DNA of 64,000 nucleotides from Elsinoe ampelina (Eukaryota): NCBI GenBank assembly GCA_010093995.1, contig ML992515.1, positions 177,533 to 241,532 of the forward strand, read 5' to 3'. Shown piece by piece: positions 63,601 to 64,000 of this stretch (position 1 is its first letter; each line of letters starts with the position of its first letter). The notes under the pieces were generated by a model. It saw only the letters and a program-made list of their open reading frames with translations, ran no database searches and was not told where the DNA came from. The position numbers and the translations under genes were made by a program.

Positions 63601-64000
63601 GCCTGCACCTTCAACGAGCTCAAGCACGAAGTCCTCCAGCTCTGATGCGTCCTCGTCAGCCTCAACATCGTCCTCGTCAAGCACTACATCGAAAACCTCA
63701 GCCCCAAATACATCGAGCAGCTCGATTTCAAGAAACTCATCTCCCGGCACACCTTCGGGCACTACTACCTGGAAGGTTACAACCCAAGCCCCGACCTCAG
63801 CTCAGAATACCCCGAGTTCTCCTGCTACATCGACTCGGGCAACTTCAACCCTGAAAGGCACGACTTTAGACTCCTCGGCCAATTCAAGTATGCGAAGCTT
63901 TCCATCCGTCTCTCCGACTTCAGGTAGCGCTACCAAGAGCACGATATCAGCTTCTTTCGGTAGCTCGAGTACGAGGACTTCATCAGGAGCCTCTTCATCT
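54680..64000 (+). CDS. Giant secreted Ser/Thr-rich mucin-like protein with >=9 PAN/Apple-like modules, 3' end outside the window
   Basis: Signal peptide MAPSVRGLALLALVGINVVDVAAA. The same frame was checked at 55562, 58121, 59702 and 63962, and no terminated ORF in this frame appears in the track. Six-Cys modules start at ~55565, 55910, 56210, 56549, 57122, 57749, 59726, 61208 and 62084. Confidence 0.88.
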   Translation, partial: MAPSVRGLALLALVGINVVDVAAAPRRLRGLLKGQASTTDDYDDWEYYTTEEVETIYETLTISSRRPRVSSSGGAGGGTNNPATISSTQPITTMMTTRKIVVKSTRKPKSKKTRPPRSGSTTGGPVSTMTQPSSAAMESTTSPQTSAATTSGSAPISPVVQPPSSSKPQSLTLSSATASRSATADRGSTTSSSTTSSLQPVSPVILPGSTTATTGPAVSSSSVLTSQASSPTEPALTTATQASPNPSSIQSSAPEYSKSKYPGSRRSSKTPVVILSRTATTSEGALPSYAPKDVTCPKDDGSIYTVAGGRQYVIECGVDHAGGNIGMVYVNSFQQCIESCGANPRCVTVSLSGAACYMKGNVGAAGENPVWGAREVNAQDASSIENRPTTSAASSGTKPTSPPGPAATKSCKDVGSSFDDATTGRKYTVACSSDVPGQGDFAAKYSPSFEGCFAVCGAESSCTAFSYFGGVCYLKSLKGGDFNIVSPSGADLAYIGTAAPPAPSQSAGATCRSLQSSYTSTANRKYTVKCGKDEMGYSDIGNAFSRTFSGCFDLCDKFDKCVGFAYAAQTCYFKKAIGKMNDNYNVDLAFLSDASTGDKTSRSKRPHRTSTADDSTTSPMPGSCRSLRAKGPTYQQSGGPLYELYCMVDVYGGDYDTRQADTYEGCFDVCTRDEPCVAFAYRKDSKTCYLKDEVNEGRAHNGVDSAVIQGLKPRFVPSASVPSTTMFSTGSQSGGSSSMTLPSPSMSDISSSVSVSGSSSSQGSATSTISSATSSLPSTISEASSSVTSSSSQSSTTSDTSSAASPTASIGDRGCDELAPTYTASGLTYAISCNTDYFDSDYRNQRTDSFEDCIALCTADQECLAFSYHEESDICYLKNKAQRFYEHAAVNSGAIIRGRGSGSSSSVSSGSSSQISSSSLSTGSQSSNSFSGSSSGTVSASVSSSNSGSASSPTISTTTSNQGSSSISSSPSAGSSGVTTSISSTISIRSSADQGVSTTTGSSFSTRSSTSTISASATPTTGLCQGPDGKSRDETIFQAFGSTFRVHCGKDISGIFYSVGAVTSLEQCAQICSGRPGCQGASFIRVNKACHIHTYQGSNLVPMADFDCVTLEADDTGSSTTGSKSTGTSSSNGGVSSSKSPAPSSPSQSQSVTTMGASSSQSSLKSSRSSATSNVSGTSSSGVTSSSETQESTATSSVPDSTATSSGTRGSSSISTIGSTASSSGSSSRTSKLSGPTSSTSAGLSSGSVESSSTSSGSSTSSGSASPPVVRPGSTSSSLTQGGPSATASVSSTVSNSATSDRSTSTSRQSSLSSDGSSSNSLGSSSGMQSQSVTSRVSSSSPTSSTGSKSFGTSASATMSTESLSSSNYQGTSSSKSFSSSGSKGSPSTTKDSSSGTSTISATSPSGSSSSSSRSKSSGSMSTSSITSQSRGTSSPATPSGTTTSFGSASAPVVRPGSTSSSSTSASEESSSGTGSSSSKSVISTKSNTSASSGSASQTVISGQGTSSQKTTFGGSTTTGKSLAGSSTSSERTSKSSISKSLSIQGPTTTKEATTSKSVGFTTSDQSSRSASQAASSSGTPSSATTKGTTSKSSGASSKTSILTPSSANSRSSSTSQLSLTSPSGTSQSATKTSSSVSYSSGRSGSQSTESSTATGSITMLSQSKTTVQPSPTPTSTPSSSQCSQLAAKDGGVYKKDADSPSYRLACSEAPVGSPFLTTSEDSFTDCVDRCSSNLRCNGLDYRSETEMCSLFNSVGQTTANPDSDSAVLLTRPGMNFPSSSTKVSSSTASASSRTSSGTFSSKSGSGSTSSKSSIQSTRSTFTSSAQSSARSSTAMTISSSSSSRSKSIMSSPTSLTSKTGSSQSSSSAGPSSSATGRSSQSPVTSTIKSGGTSSGTSSGAVSSSKTLNLSNSATSDAMSTKSIPSTTQGGTVIGATSGGVLSSTTVISSSKTTQQTTSVTGTSQSTSEAVSRPSTSSTTRGQQSSGSSKSTMSSQTTLASSSSPSKFSLTTTRATVTSTGSSQTGVPTFTSLKSTVSSSSMSKPIGQSSSTPNRNTGQSSFSSTTGSRSAFATTKVGISSSGSSDTSTSKFSPVSSVGTSKTTASSSLPTGTMQPSGSSISSSSVSGSASKLSSMTSRSSSRTTSTTAGPISPGVQFPSGTTSSQSPSSTSTATDCATLAKDYSGIYQNGDTAYSLECGLKYTGTEIGRADAKDYKQCIQACKALKDECQGFSFYRPEGYCTFYKSISGSSRDSNYDSARQVKSSSSTATSTELSASSSQSRASKTSSRISSDASSSGLTTSFRTNSGGQASTVKSSTSLMSSPAIASQTTSFKSSISVSSSASKSSSLSTGISKSSTSSPASPPSTTRQAATSGTGSTGSPSQILQPTTRQTSASTSVQATTSASTPKQSSSSSSQSRLTSSSSSGIGGDSSSTRGSTMTAASTKTTTSSTLASSMSSSTSPSAGSCRSLGSDGYYYTTKTKYDLNCGEKLTGAVVAIQVAHDLQSCIGICDRYGTVCVALNFERATGRCTVLSSTSGSLPSDDNDSAEVVERGVYSTSAQTATSTSGGSSKQDSSFSKTPSTTGTTASRTSQSDIRSAASSTKSTSSSEKPSTASTRSSAPSGSASTAKVTSASQSTVSFSKTFGTIASSSTISSRSSTAGPTSSAGTPPSSATSQAPGVPSTSSSSKGTSQASQFSTSQTSKSGAPSTTSLATTQTTSSSKATSSEKSTTPSTSRVSSSSNKQETSSLNSRSTSTTAGPVSPGQQFPSTMTTGSQSRSSSSRETSSSGASTTRFGTTSSATTTESKSMTRSGSSSSLEQSISIRTSARTSSASGSPSKSTSSAPTSTASTRPISTAPASSSSPAAGTVRTTSTTQGPTTGGPSGTVPASSSSSSLATKSTASSSSANPSSKTSTVFSTKASTPIGLTTSASSSRTSLSESTGFKGSTTAGPNGPGTSSRTTTGQTSPSSTPAPSTSSSTKSSSSDASSSASTSSSSSTTSKTSAPNTSSSSISRNSSPGTPSGTTTWKVTTQAPTSAQNTPSSPATSTRATSTLKGTTLDSSANSSMRSFPSVSPTSGSATKSTISASFGSSSTRTSSGASSS

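Noticed and set aside
56872..63762. Many acidic E/D/L/V-rich minus-strand ORFs
   Set aside because: They are antisense shadows of the Ser/Thr codons of the giant + strand gene.

Overview
Gene-dense, intron-containing DNA from a filamentous ascomycete. The short 42-56 nt GT-AG introns with CTRAY branch points support this; a Dothideomycete is a guess. Most genes are housekeeping: MYO2, SER3, NAP1, RSM27, CenH3, DER1, CWC27, GET5, ALE1, cofilin, HSP60, NOP2, RPL25, SEC8 and CTR9, plus a P450, an S1/P1 nuclease and an APH-like kinase. Five things stand out. (1) Two tandem NB-ARC NLR genes at the left end whose only N-terminal content is a shared ~20-aa N/G/Q-rich motif resembling an amyloid signalling motif. 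(2) Five divergent Myb/SANT-like HTH genes in two clusters (16.3-18.5 kb and 38.6-43.4 kb) that share intron positions and SUMO-consensus acidic tails; four carry GCATGTGAA upstream, suggesting a co-regulated family. (3) About eleven ~0.5-1.3 kb domains where the strand flips sharply from C-rich to G-rich regardless of gene orientation. (4) A CTACCA site array and a candidate structured ncRNA in intergenic DNA. (5) A >3100-aa secreted Ser/Thr-rich protein with at least nine PAN/Apple-like modules running off the right end. Exon models were read by eye and no database searches were run.
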